From positions 70,680,001 through 70,744,000 of the forward strand of contig OZ024746.1 in the NCBI GenBank assembly GCA_964016885.1: a DNA stretch of 64,000 nucleotides, given 5' to 3'. The stretch is from Eledone cirrhosa. Its lineage: Eukaryota. Both the position numbers and the translations under genes were made by a program. Below are positions 1 through 13,280 of the stretch, one piece after another (the stretch's first letter is position 1; each line of letters begins with the position of its first letter). The notes beneath the pieces were generated by a model, which was not told the origin of the DNA, did not search any database, and saw only the letters and a program-made list of their open reading frames with translations.

Positions 1-815
1 GCCAGAGATATCAGCCAAATCTCTTTCAGATCTTAGCCTGAAGTTTTAATCAAATATATGCAACACTTTTTCTCAAGTTCAACATGTAACTCTTTACTGT
101 TATTGTTATCTAAATACCAGTCAAGGAGCTTTGTGTCTTTGGTGATGATGATGATGAAACTGCTTTCTGAATGCAGTTTAGTACGCTATCTCATCACCAT
201 GCAATTTACTATGTAGACAAACCTCTATACCAGCAACAATAAAACATAAAATACATCAACTCCGCACTAATTAATGCCATTAAGTTTACTGTCATCTAAA
301 TATATATATTATCTAAATGTGTGTGGAAACTACTATCACAGAGGCATCTTCCTCATTCAAACGTGTTTTTCTCCTATTGATAAATGTGTTCTAGTTTTTT
401 CTCAAATCCTACATAACCTAAAATTATTGATCAATAGACATGTTGTAATAAGGAATTGACATAATGTCATTGATCATTTACTCATTCATCTGTCTTGTTT
501 TCTGGTCAGAAAAGAAATCAATTATGTTTCTCACATCTCACCTGACTGGTGAATAAGCAGCTAGTCAACTGATTAAGAGCTAAGATTAATAAAACAGAGT
601 AAAAAAAAAATGCTTTGAAACGAGTTTAAAATTACAGCTTTAACTTGAAATCAATTAAGAGTAGTTCAGTATTTCAAAAGTTAAGTAAAATAATCTCAAC
701 CTTATCAAGCACAGACATCTACAACCAGGATGGATAGTAATAAAAATGGCAAAATAGTGATGTATGTCAATGAGTGACTTAAGGGAAAGGACAAGTTGGC
801 TAACAATACAAAAGG

Positions 816-1018
816 CAGGCATGTCAAACATGCCGCACGCGGGCCATATGCGGCCCTTTACAAGCACACCTGTGGCCCACACAAAGGTTTTTACAGTGCG
901 AGCATGCTTTATCTTTATAAAATTAGTTATAATGTGCTCAATTAGTCGTCATGCGTGGCCCTCAGATAACACATATGTGACCCATGTGGCCCTCGGGTGA
1001 CCCTGTTTGACATGCCTG
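816..1018. mobile_element. hAT-type MITE
   Basis: Perfect 14 bp TIR CAGGCATGTCAAAC/GTTTGACATGCCTG, gcggcc subterminal repeats, and a degenerate 8 bp TSD (acaaaagg/ccataagg). Confidence 0.85.
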
Positions 1019-1424
1019 CCATAAGGTTTGAAGAATATATTGATTGGTTTAATCAGAGATGACATGCAGCTAAATAAAACTACCACTCTGTATATAATTA
1101 ACACTTTGTTCTCAGGCATAATTTTCATTCTTTTTTCACTATCAACTACTTTATTCCAATATTTTCTTCACTTGTGTCACATTTACTGCACATGTTTATA
1201 TAATTAACATTTATTTACAATATCATGTTATCCCTCATTACCATTCACTTACTCTCTCTTATATTATTATTTTACATGTATTTCAGTCATTGGACTATGG
1301 CTTTTGTGTGTACCAGATTTAGAATAAGTACACTGTATCCCTGTGTGTCATAAGAGATGACTAAAATGGTTGGTGCCAGGGAGAGCAACTGGGTGTAAAA
1401 CATAGCCATAACCTATTATCATTG

Positions 1425-1621
1425 ACATTACTCTATATTTACTATTATATTTTTACGGTAAAGGCTTTATATCACATAATATTGAATCTATGAGATTTTT
1501 ATATTTATTTTGAGAACAATACATTTAACATCAATATGAGTGGCTGGTTACAGCCGGTTTGAACAGAAAGAAATGAGAGAATTCTGGATGGATATAACCA
1601 GTTTAAATGCTAAAGGGTTAA
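1425..1621. mobile_element. piggyBac-like MITE, partial
   Basis: Ends aaatgctaaagggTTAA and is homologous to the copies at 10718 and 29648. Confidence 0.65.
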
Positions 1622-2143
1622 AGAAAAGCCTGTGGTCTGCATGGCTAATTAACCCCTGCTTTAGCAAGAAACGTGACTATAAATTTTTTGTGATAATATT
1701 TCTAAAGGAATACACTCTACTACAGTTAATTAATGAAAAATTATATAACATATGGTTCTTATATAAAATTATTTTGGAAGATTTTAATTTAAAAAAGAAT
1801 GTGTTAAATTGGGTGACCTAGTTTCACAGAATCAGTGCTGGCTTTGGCTGTGATGCTATCAAAATGATTAAAGCATTTATTGCAATCACTGGTCTGTGGT
1901 AATGCTGAGGTGCTGCCTTCAAAGATTTAGTTCATCATATTAAGCCCAGTACATATTACAATCTGGTACTTATTTTATAAATTTATGTTTGTTGAACTAA
2001 GTTATGGGGCATAAAGAGACACAAAACAGTACACCAGTTTTTACACCATAAACATAAACAGTCACATGCACACATTCATGGTGGGCTTCTGCCCATATAT
2101 TCTTTTGCTTTTCTTTACTATTTGACTAATTTTAGTCATATAT

Positions 2144-2768
2144 ATCATCATCATCATCATTGTTTTTATGTCCATTTTTCCATGCTTGTATGGGTTGGAC
2201 AGGTTCTTCTCAGCACAGCATCTCTCAACTCGTCGCGATCCTTTGGCATCTCTCCACCCGTCGCAATCCTTTGTCATCTCTATGAGTATCAGTGATTTTA
2301 GGTCAGCTCTCACAACCTCTGCCCAGGTCTTTCTTAGTCTACCTCTACTATGGCTTCCTTCCACTGGCATTTCCTGGCACTCCTTCACCTAATGATCATT
2401 GTCCATGTCTATCAAATGTCCATACCAACGCAATCTTCTCTCCTGCACACCACTTCGGATTCCTCTTAAACCTCAACTCGTCCAAACTCTGCCTTTCTCT
2501 CACACTTACATTGCACATCCATTGGGTGTGCAATGGTTGCTTCATTTCTCTCCAGCCTATGCATCCTCTGTAGTCACAGCCCATGTTTCACAACCATGCA
2601 GCATCAGGCTTCACACGTGGGCATCATACAGTTGTCCTTTTGTACGTAGGGAGAAACCTTTTGTGGTCAACTGTGGGTGTAGCTCTCTGAACTTTTTCCA
2701 GCCTATCCTTATTCAAGCTATTATATTCTCAGAGCACCCTCACCATTGCTAATTACGTTGCTTAGGGT
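2144..2768 (-). mobile_element. RTE-clade LINE 3' fragment
   Basis: Decayed peptides (SRGRLRKTWAEVVRADL, WMCNVSVRERQS) homologous to the RTE at 59 kb, with a (GAT)n tail. Confidence 0.85.
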
Positions 2769-4664
2769 CCTTTATACACATACACACAAACACACAGACA
2801 CAGGCACACTCATACACACAAACATATTTTATGTACTATTATATTATTATAGCACAGTAAAATTTGTAGACAAGAAGTAAAGGAAAATGCTGAATACATT
2901 GTGTAGACTTACCATATTTCTTATAAACTGAAAACTTTTATTGAAGAATCAGCTTTGAATAAATATCATTCTATTCTACAATGGTATTGAGTATTTTTTC
3001 CGTTTTACATTTCATTTCAGGGTGGATTCATAATTTGTCACAATAAGATGGACCCAACCAATTCTGTGAAGTGGTAGTGCTTGGGCCACAATAAAATGCA
3101 CTCAGCCCATTCTCTAAAGTGATAGCACTGGTGTTGCAATATGTACCCAGCCCGCATGAAAAAAATGGTTGTGGTGATGCCAAAATAAATAGCACCAAGC
3201 CCACCCGGTTAGGTGGTAGTCCTGGAGTCTTGACAAAATATATCTGGTACACACTCTGAAGAGTTTAGCCTTAGAAAGAGCATCCAACCATAGAACCCAT
3301 GCAGGAATGTATGAGCAAGATATGATCATTTGGCCTGTTATGATCATCTGGACTCATCTAGCCCATACAAGCAGGGAAAATATGTAAAATGGTGATGATG
3401 ATAATGATGATGATGATGAAAGGTTTTTTTTTTATATATATATGAGTGCATATAGAACGTTCAAACATTAACTGAATGAGCACTCAATACATGTGAGCTA
3501 AGTATAAAATGTATTTTTCTGTGATTTTAAAGTTTCAATTTGATACGTCTTCAGTCTTTACAGAGTGAACTGCATGCATTTATCATGCAGGTCACCAACA
3601 CTAGAAATGTCATGCCCTTGACTCTTCATGTCATGGCTTCTACAGCAGGATGTCCTCCTGCCCCTTGCTAGCTTAAAGGGTGTACTGGGTGCATTTTTCA
3701 TGGCACCAGAACTAGGGTGGTTGTTGATCATTAACTCAACAGAAGAGTCCCCTAACCCTATGGAGTTAACAAGGACACACACGCTCGCTCTCTCTCTCTT
3801 TTCAGAAATATTACTCTTATAGTTTTGGAAAATTGTATTTGGTAATTTTATTATAGAAGGCTTTCTCTTTATATTTTTAAGCAATCTTACTATGAACATT
3901 TTCAACACATCTGGAAAGTAGACAATGCTAAGCTTAAAATAACAAGATTTAAAATAAGGCCATGGGAAACATCAAACTATATATAAATTCTTTTCTAGAT
4001 AGAAATATGGGTAGGCATGCATGATTATGAAGTTCATTTCATAACAATGTGGTCCACCAATATGTCTCATGTGTGGAATTTGGTAGACGGAAATTGTATG
4101 CAAGTCTATCATGTATACACACATACACATTTATAAACACACATACACACACACACATTTCTAATATATGATACCTGATGTGTTGGTTGGTCCGGTTTCA
4201 TGTTGATAACATAAAAAGAGGGACAAGAAGAGTATACATACTCAGTAGAGTGAAGGCCATGAGAATTAGAGAAGCAAAGAATGTTGAATTGGAGGTATGT
4301 GCACACATGCATACAAATATATATATGTATATACACACACACACACACACACACACATACATAAAAACATAAAAGTAATTGTTATCTGCCAAGTGTTTGT
4401 ATGAAGTTAAGGTTTTCTTTTCACCCTTTTTTCAGTCATTTTCATGAATGGACTATACAGATATGAAAATACATACTCCTTTTCTCAACACTATATACAT
4501 ACAGTTTTTTCTTTTGCGAGTTACCCATCTTTTTTAAATTTATTTATGAAATTTATGATATTTATATATATATATATATATCTAGCAGGAAAAAGTGGAT
4601 GTAAAATCATCATCATCATCATCGTTGTCACCGCACACCCCCACCACCACTACCACCATCACCA

Positions 4665-4908
4665 TACGTCCACTTTTCCCTGCTTGCAAGGGTGGGACGG
4701 GAACTGATTCTGGCTTGATTTCTACAGCTGGATTCCCTTCCTAACACCAACCTCATTTACAGTGAGTGCTGAGGGCTTTTTTTCCGTGGCGCCTACACGA
4801 CCACTTTGCAGTGGAATGATAGGGACCCCAGTCCCTATCATCTCATTTCTACAGCTGAGTAAACTGGAGCAATGTGAAATAAAGTGTCTTGCTCAAGGAA
4901 ACAACACA
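4665..4908 (-). mobile_element. SINE with RTE-derived 3' tail
   Basis: Near-identical to the copy at 38980-39288. It shares tttctacagctggat..ccttcctaacaccaac with the RTE 3' UTR. Confidence 0.7.
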
Positions 4909-6051
4909 TGATGATATATATATATATATATAACCCTTCAACTGTCATAAGTCATCATACAAATACTTTCCCTTTGAGATACAAAAAGCTGCTACCAAAA
5001 GATGACAATCGTCTAAACCCATGCTAGCGTGGAAGATAGACGTTAAACGACGATGATGATGATGATATAAGTGTGTGTGTGTTTATATATATATAATTAG
5101 TTCATAACCATTATTGAATCTAAATGCCATGTTTAAAAGAAATATTTTATTTAATTTAGAGAAAAACACTTTATATTCTCAGCTATGATGAAAGCTAAAT
5201 CTAGGCTGCTCATATCACCAAACCTCAACTTCTCATCCCTCACCATCACCTTCCTGCAGGGCACTTTACCCATCTGCCCATGTGAATTGCCCAAATGGCT
5301 GCCATTTACTGAACTAAATATGATCAGAACCATAACTTCTTGATAAATTATTCCACTAGTACCTATGAGATTTAACTAACCTTATAGTTAGTTAATTTCT
5401 ATAACTTAGTTGATAGTTATAATTGTATAATTAAAGTGTCTATGCATAGTATGCTTGTCTAGGAGAACAGTAACTCTGAATAAATAAATAAATAAATAAG
5501 TGTTTATAGATAAGCCACAGGTCAGAAAAACTATGAGGGCAGTCTTTCTGAAGACATATGATTGTACAGAATAGATGTGGACTCAATAAGTCATATTGAA
5601 GGCAATCCATCTCAGAGAGCAGTCATTCTGAAGAAAAACTTAAATAGGGTAGAGAGGGTTCTTAAGTCTTTTTACTATAGGAAGGGCATCCAGCCAGAAA
5701 AATCAAGCCGAAAACCCGCCCCCAAAAAAACATGAACAGTACAACTCACAAGATATCCACTAATTGTATATACAGGACTAACGCTAACAATGTAAATGCT
5801 ACACATGTGTTAGAAACCCTTCAACTGTCATAAGTCATCATACAAATTCTTTCCCTTTGAGATACAAAAAGCTGCTACCAAAAGATGACAATCATCACAG
5901 TCAGGTAAAACGTTTCAGGGCTGCCACTCTCAATATTGGCATACGGGAATCATACAATACCATAGATATCATTTAATTCAATGAGTTCCCAGGAATGTCC
6001 AAAGATTTTGTGAAATGATGTAGTGAGGTTCACCCAGGAAAAATAATTGAC

Positions 6052-9000
6052 AATAATAATAATGAAAATATTGTGTACAGTGCTCAGGTGCACTACAACT
6101 CATCAAAAGTGTATGTATAGTACATAGGGTAATGTACAAACATCAGGAAAATGAACAGTGCATGAGTCATGATATAGACATGTGTGCATGTGTATAGAAA
6201 GGGGACATCAGGTGTAGTTTTGGCGAATTTCGGGAAGCATGAGAGTTTTAAAGGATGCAGTGTCTCGGCAGCTAACAACTGACACAGGCAGTTTGTTAAG
6301 CGTGAAAAAATGTTTCCGAAAGTCATGGGAGCTGTGCTGTTTTCTGACTTTGTAGGCATGTCCACGTGTGTTGGACACATGGAGATCAAAAAGGTTCTCA
6401 GGGTTGTTGTTGGCGGCGAGATGGTTAATAACTTTGTGGGTGTTTACCAAGTCCATTGCCAGACGTCGGAGCTTCAATGAATCCATGCCCAGGGAAGCAA
6501 AGCATTCAGATTATGGTAGGTGTCTGATGGAGGGTATGCACTTGGTTGCACATCTCTGAACAGTTTCCAGGAGGTCAATGTTTTGAGCAAGATAGGGGTT
6601 CCAGACTGATGATGCGAATTCCAAGTGCGGTCGTACCATAGCTGTATACAGCTTTAAATGGATGGCTGGAGAGAGGCTAACAAAGGTCTTGCTGAGAGAT
6701 GCCAAGACACCCTCGGCCTTCTTGACAATCTTAGAGATGTGCTTTTTCATGCAAATCGCTGCTGACAGTATTACCCAGGTCACGTTCACAAGAGGACTTC
6801 TTGATATCAGTGTTGTGGAAGGAGTATGTGGACGCTGGATTTGTCCTCCCAAAATGCATGGTGGTACACTTGTCCACAGCCAGCTTCAGTTGCCAGTCTG
6901 TGATCCATTGCTGCATTGTGCCCAGGTCTGATTGTAGGAAAGAGTTATAGATTTCAGGATCTGTCCTTTTGATTTCAAGGTACAGCTTGATGTCATCTGC
7001 ATATTTCAGCACTGTGGCATTCTTTAAATTGGCATCTATGTCATTAATGTATGCAACAAACAAAAGGGGACTAAGAACAGATCCCTATGGTACACCAGAT
7101 GACATCTCATATGGTGAAGAATGCTGTCCTAGAACCGTGACTACCTCTTTTCGGCTGAGAAAGAAGGATTTCAACCAGTTAAAAAGATCATCCCTCACAC
7201 TCATTGCAGAGAGTTTTGCCATAAGTCTTTTGTGTGGCACAGAATTAAAAGCCTTAGCGAAGTCAAAGTAAACAACATCCACTCATGAGCCGCTGTCAGT
7301 GGTCCGGGTAATGTCTTCAAGGAACTCGATAAGCTGATCACAGCAGCTGGAGTTAGGGATAAATCCAAATTGCGAGGACCAGATGAGGCTGTGAGAGCTC
7401 CAGAAGTTCCAAAGTGTTTCTCTGTCACAGGATTCCATCAGTTTGGCAATACAGCTAGTAAGACTAACTGGACGATAGTTGACAGGTGACGTGCGGTCGC
7501 CCTTTTTGAACAGGGGAATGACACTGGCAGTTTTCCACTGCTCCGGAGTAACACCATTGTTGAGACAGTATTGAAAGAAGAAAGAAAGCTGGTGCAAAAG
7601 GAAGTACCCGCCACGTTTGAGAAGCAGGTATGTAACACCATCAAGACCAGGAGATGCATAGTTGCGCTTATTCTTAAGGTGACGTCGCAGCATTGCAGGT
7701 GTAAATTCCATAGTTGTTATGGAATTTGATGTTAGAGATGGTGGAGATGGAACATTCTGGTTTTCTTTGGGATCGTCAGTGATCTGGCTTGTGTGGGGAT
7801 GCGAAGAGGACCAACTAGAGAGTAAGGTCTCTGCTTTGAATGAACATATTTCCAGAACACCTTACTGTCAGGATTGGTTGCTATGCACTGTTCAAATTCA
7901 AGCCCTGCCTTTTTTGTCACTTGCTTGAGATGGTTGGAAGATTTATTCCGCTTTTTTCTGTTGGCATATGATTTATGCAGTTTATATTCCCGTTCAGCAT
8001 TCCGACGTTCTTTCCTGGCAAGTTGGACCGCTGAAGTTTCCCAAATTGCACTTTTGGGGTGGGTTTTTTTCTGCTTACGTGGCACTGATGCTGCACACGC
8101 TATCCATATTGAGTCCAGGATGCTCTGGAGTATAGTGTTCACATCTCCAGAGTTATAGAACTCAGCTTGGGCGCTGTAGCTCAGTGCAGTACAAGTTCCA
8201 ATCTGCTTTCTTCCAATCAAAGCAAGCAGATTGGAGATGGTTCTGGTTTTTGCTGCTACCCGTAAGAGCCAGATTGGCAATGATCATAGCATGATCAGAG
8301 TCACCTAGAGGTTCTTCAGTAGTACAGCTGATAACCACTTCAGGAGAGTGGTGAAGAGCAGGTCCAAAGTGTTGTCACCTGTTGTTGGAGAGGTGACTAC
8401 TTGTGACCAGTTTGAGTTCAGCACTAGCTCAAGGAAATCGTTTGTATTTTCCCAATCAATCTCAGGATGATTGGAGTCACCTGCAATAAACACATAAGTG
8501 GCTGTTTTCCTGGCAGCAGCTCTGAGGATATCGCAAAGCTGTGTCCTGATGGTAGTTTGGGGGTGGGAGGGGGAATAAACAACACCAAGCAGAAGTGTTG
8601 ACATGGTCATACGTATGTCACAGAAAAAAACTTCTTCCTGTGATTCGTTCAAATCAACGCAAGGAATTATCGAAAAGTTTGAACGAACGTAGACCATCAC
8701 ACCACCACCACGGCGATTAATGTGGTTCTTGTGGAACAGGTTGTACCCAGTAATGCTGAAAAGCCCATCACAGAGTAAGGAATGTGCCCATGTTTCCGTG
8801 ACTGTGAGGAAGTCAGGGTCGATGCTTCTTGTTGCATAAACTGCGAGCATTTAAGGACAACAATTTGTACCCTGCTTGCAGTTTATGATGGTGTGTAGAG
8901 GATGGCAGGTTGTTCTGGTTTATTTTCCCAGAGTTGTTGCAGTTTTTTCATTGCCAGTTACTGTGGGTAGAGCACACTCAGACCAGCTGGTATCTCTCTT

Positions 9001-10090
9001 CCACGTTTCACCAGCCTTAACAAACCTCCAGATCTGCCCATCATCACGCAGACTAAAACTTTCATGTTGTGCTGAGTTCCGATTCAAGGAACCTGCAGCA
9101 CGTAGCTTTGGACATACATCAGGTTGTAGGCCTGAGCGTGTTCGGAAGGTAATCCGATTTTCACGGCCCAGCTTTAACAGAGGCCAGATGTATGAAATTG
9201 CCTCAGCGGGGTCCGAAAAAGACAGCCTGATGAGTCTGGGTTTTGGACCAGATCGACCAAGGCGGAGAGCACCCTTTGGAAACACAGCCTAGGTCTTTGG
9301 CTGAGCTGGCAGCAAATGCCTGAAGATCAGCCTTGTCTTCTTGGCAATTACTTCATGGGTAGCAGATTTTGCGGTCTTCTCAGTGTGCCCAGATACAGCA
9401 AGAGGTACAGGCATTCCGATAAGACCCCTCATTGTGGGGTCCTACCCGAATGCTTGCCTTTATTCCTGTTACTGCCCTTCTTAAAGCAGAAATCATTTGT
9501 TGCAATTCTGCAAGATCTGTACTGGTCGGTTGTTGCTGCTGCAGCTGCCGTTGTTGTTGATGATGATGTTCCCCCACGGGAATGGTAGGGGAAGACAGTC
9601 GTCGGTTGTTGGTGTTGAGATGTACTGGGAGCGGAAGACATGGGTTGTTGTTGTTTCTGATGTTCTTCCACAGGAATAGCAGCAGAAGCCAGTGTCATAG
9701 GTTTTTACCATTGTTCAGTAACAATGGTAGAGGAAGATACAGTCATCGTTTTTTTTTGTTGCCGTTTTTCAATAACATTGGTGGAGGCAGGCACACAGGC
9801 CAGGCACTGAAAGGACCAAGATTTTAGCTGGACTATCTCCCAGAGTCCATCCATCAACGCAATATGATGTCTCTTTTTGGGGCCTGGGATCCTCCGGAAG
9901 CCTGTGACGCATTGAAGGCAGACAGAGATGCGACAGGTTCCACATTCGACCCAGCGATTACGGAACAAGTTTTTGGGTTCCGTACAAATATGGCAGATGT
10001 GATTTTCTGGGCAATGTTCTATTTTGGAACATCGACCAGTTTTGTTGCATACTTCATCCATGGATATCACCATGGCAATTTTGTTATTTC
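6052..10090 (-). mobile_element. Near full-length decayed CR1/L2-group LINE (PHD-finger ORF1, APE endonuclease, RT)
   Basis: Frameshifted ORF pieces: PHD-like C-x2-C..WVEC-x2-C..C-x2-C..FQC-x2-C (9705-10106), APE (VTETW, GGGVMVYV, NTLDLLFT) and RT (YRPVSLTS, DFAKAF, KYADD, VRPHLEFAS.VWNP). It ends in a (TTA)n tail near 6052. Confidence 0.92.
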
Positions 10091-10405
10091 TGCCCATACA
10101 AGTCATTGTATCTATTATGATTTTATGACACTGATAATCTATTTGTTAAATAGATTAAATAAACTGACTGAATGCAAGTTTTAACTGGAAATATTTGTAG
10201 CATCTTGTTTGAGATATGATAAGTGTTACACAGTATTTGTTAGGAGCCCTGTTCCACTTGTTTACCACTCAGCGATAAAGATTCACATTTCATCCCCACC
10301 TTAATTTGGGGGAGATATTTTTTTCAGGCTTAAAAAAAAAAAAAAAATCAACTTGTATGCTGCAATCTTAAAAGTAAGAAAAAATAAGAAAATGAAAATA
10401 CTCAC

Positions 10406-10543
10406 ATCCAAAATTTGAGACTGGTGGGAAAGATCAACAACTGGCTCATATTTTTCAGGTGACTTATGTAACAGTATTGCTGTAGATATTGCTCCTAACG
10501 TGAGGGCACCTACTCCCATGTACTTGAGGTAATAATCATCCAT
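10406..10543 (-). CDS. First coding exon of a probable long-chain fatty-acid--CoA ligase (ACSL1/5/6 family N-terminus)
   Basis: Acceptor gtttatttgttttAG, then AG-ATG, 46 codons MDDYYLKYMGVGALTLGAISTAILLHKSPEKYEPVVDLSHQSQILD, then donor GTgagt. A signal-anchor helix followed by PVVDLSHQS resembles ACSL1 PPCDLSMQS. The exon is well supported; the family assignment rests on one short motif. Confidence 0.6.
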
Positions 10544-10717
10544 CTCTAAAACAAATAAACAAAATTTATATTAAAATCATTTCAAAATTTTACTACAAAC
10601 ATTTTAAAAGTAATTCAAAGGTAATTCAATGCAAGCAAAGCATTCATTGAAAGACAATGTCTCAAGTTTTGTGTTCTAATCCAACAGATGTCAACAATAC
10701 TTTTTTTTATTATTCTT

Positions 10718-10942
10718 TTAACCCTTTAGCATTTACATTACTCTATATTTACTATAGTACTTTTTTGGTAAAGGTTTTATCTTACATAATTATCTCACAT
10801 AATATTGAATCTATGAGATTTTGATATTATTTATTTTGAGAACAATACCTTAATGTAGGTATGAACAGCCAGTTACAGCCGGTTTGAACAGAAAGAGGCG
10901 AGAAAGTTTTGGCCAGATACGGCTGTTTTAAATGCTAAAGGG
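10718..10942. mobile_element. piggyBac-like MITE
   Basis: TTAA followed by TIRs ccctttagcattt ... aaatgctaaaggg. Confidence 0.75.
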
Positions 10943-11261
10943 TGCTTTAAGGCCCCCTTCAGTCATAACTGGTTTGTATCTGTTACTCACCAAGGTGCAA
11001 ACAAAGGCAACATGTTTTCTTGAAAATCAGTAGTCACCCAGGCATACTAGTTTCACCATCTGATATTGTTCAAAACAAAGGCTGATACAGCTTAGCACCC
11101 GGGGAATCAAACTCACAACCTTACATACAATCATGAACCAAACACACCTATCATGAAGCCAAGTACCTTCTCTACTGTTAGGCACCTTTCCCTTTCCCTA
11201 AGGGCATTCATTATTGACATGTTACTATTTTCCCTTTGTCCAGCTTTATTACTATCCATTT

Positions 11262-11500
11262 CTCTCTCTCTCTCCTACTACTAGCAACCATTACAATCTC
11301 TCCATTACTAGCAGTTATATAGCTGTCATTATTGTCTCTCTCTCTCTTACCTGCAGTCATGTAGCTGCCATATCTGTCTCTCAACTAGCAGCAGTCATGT
11401 AGCTACAATCACTCTCTCTCCTACTAGCAACCACGTAGCTACCATCACTGTCTCTCTCCTACTAGCAACCATGTAGCTGCCATCATTGTCTCTCTCTCCC
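11262..11500. repeat. Degenerate ~35-40 bp tandem repeat
   Basis: Recurrent tctctctcctactagcaaccatgtagct..catca units. Confidence 0.6.
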
Positions 11501-13019
11501 GTTACTCCCCTACCACCACCCACTCCAATCACTCCATTTATCCTATACTCTCTTCTCTTGCTGTCTTAGTTTCTCTGCTGAAATTGTTACCTGTCCTATT
11601 TACCTTCATGGGCACAGTGCTTCAAACAAATGGAGAAAACAGAGTAGTGAAAACTCTTTAGTTTTGCAGAATATAAAGCAACCTAACCAATGCTGGGCTA
11701 CAATGGACACCTGTCAAGAGCGTATTTTCATACTTGTATATATATATATATAGTAAATATGTCCCCAGTACATTCTATAAAGTGGTTGGCGAATGTTCAA
11801 AGACAACACAGGGTCAAGAAGACTGTAATCCTACTGAACTGTAGAAACCATAACAAAAATAGAACATACATGTGAAATGTGGTCCCTACCCACTACCCCA
11901 CAGCCACGTGGAGAGGGAAGCGGGTGTCCTTAGAAACTACTTACGACAGCACTTTACTTCATACACTCTCTAACCAGGAATACCCCACCTCCAACCTCTC
12001 ATCACCCTGTCAAACTCCACTACAGCTGTTTTACAACCATGACATACTCTCTTCCCTCTTCTCTCCTCCACATCCCCACTTGAATTCCACACACCTGTCA
12101 TACACCCATGGCATCAAAGTGTCATTCTTCCTGTCTCCCCCATCCTGGTCCACCCTATAACACCCCCTCATAGGACAGTGAGAGCACAGCAGTGTGTATG
12201 TGTGTGTATGTATGCATGTGTGTATGTATGCATTTATCTAAATAAATACTGCAAAACTTCTTTCATATAATTGATATAAAAATAAAATTGATATTGGTAG
12301 CAAAGAAAGTTTTTTTTTTCTTTTGATTTTTCACCTACATTCATACTATAAACACAATTTATGTCTCACAAAATTTTCTTTTTTCTCTATATTTTCCGAT
12401 TTTTTTTCTTTTGTTTCCTTTTGTTTCCTTGCTGTATTAGCAAAAATTATAAATAATTTGTAATGTGAATAAATATTCTACCACCAAAAAAGCAAAAATA
12501 AAATCACAATAAAATCACCTTTTTAATAACAACCTGTCCAAAATCACCTCATGCTCAATGTAACAACCCCCCCCCCCTCCCCATTTTAAAAGGTTCCTAT
12601 TTAAATTTATATTTTCCCATCTAATTTGATAAGAACCCTTTGTTTAGTTACACATAGCATTTTAATATTGAAATAATTAATAATTTTACTAAATCTCTCT
12701 AAATTCTTCATTTATTATTCAAAATAGAGTGCATTTTATTAGAAATATGGTAATGAAAGGGTTAAACAATAAATATTTTATTTTCCTGTGACAGGAGGAC
12801 CATGTATGCATCCCTGAACAAACTAAACAATATACTTGACAATATGTTAATTTATGTACATTGCTAACCCATGCTAGTGTGGAAAATAGACATATGATGA
12901 TGATGATGAAGCCATTCTAAAAAATATATGAATTTGTTGTTGAACAAATGATGAAATTATTAATGTTTTTAATTATTCAAATAATAAACAGGAAAAGAGA
13001 AAAAAAATTATCATAATGA

Positions 13020-13280
13020 AAAAAGAGGAAGAGGGAAGGAGGGGAGGGGCTGACTATGTTTCTGGCTAGGTGATATATCTCAGCTACACCCTGCAAACAA
13101 GATAGCAGAAGCATTGCTGCAGAGAATAGCCAGTGACACCTGCTGCATCAGCTATCCCACTACAGAGGGGTCTTTCCTCAGGTGGAATGCACTCACACTG
13201 ATTTTGTGGAAGAAAACAGCAGATCAGGGACCAAGAGGTCTTAGCAGTGACCAACATGACAAAGAAGCAGTCAGTCAAAC
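13020..13280 (-). mobile_element. Old retroelement 3' fragment (L1/Tx1-like), related to 16615-16930
   Basis: Its reverse complement gtgggatagctgatgcagcaggtgtcact matches gtggaatggctgatgcagcgggtgtcatt near 16717. Confidence 0.4.

Noticed and set aside
6148-9338. Excess CpG decay in the intronic CR1 copy relative to the intergenic copy as a methylation footprint
   Set aside because: By-eye comparison shows CpG losses in both copies in similar numbers.
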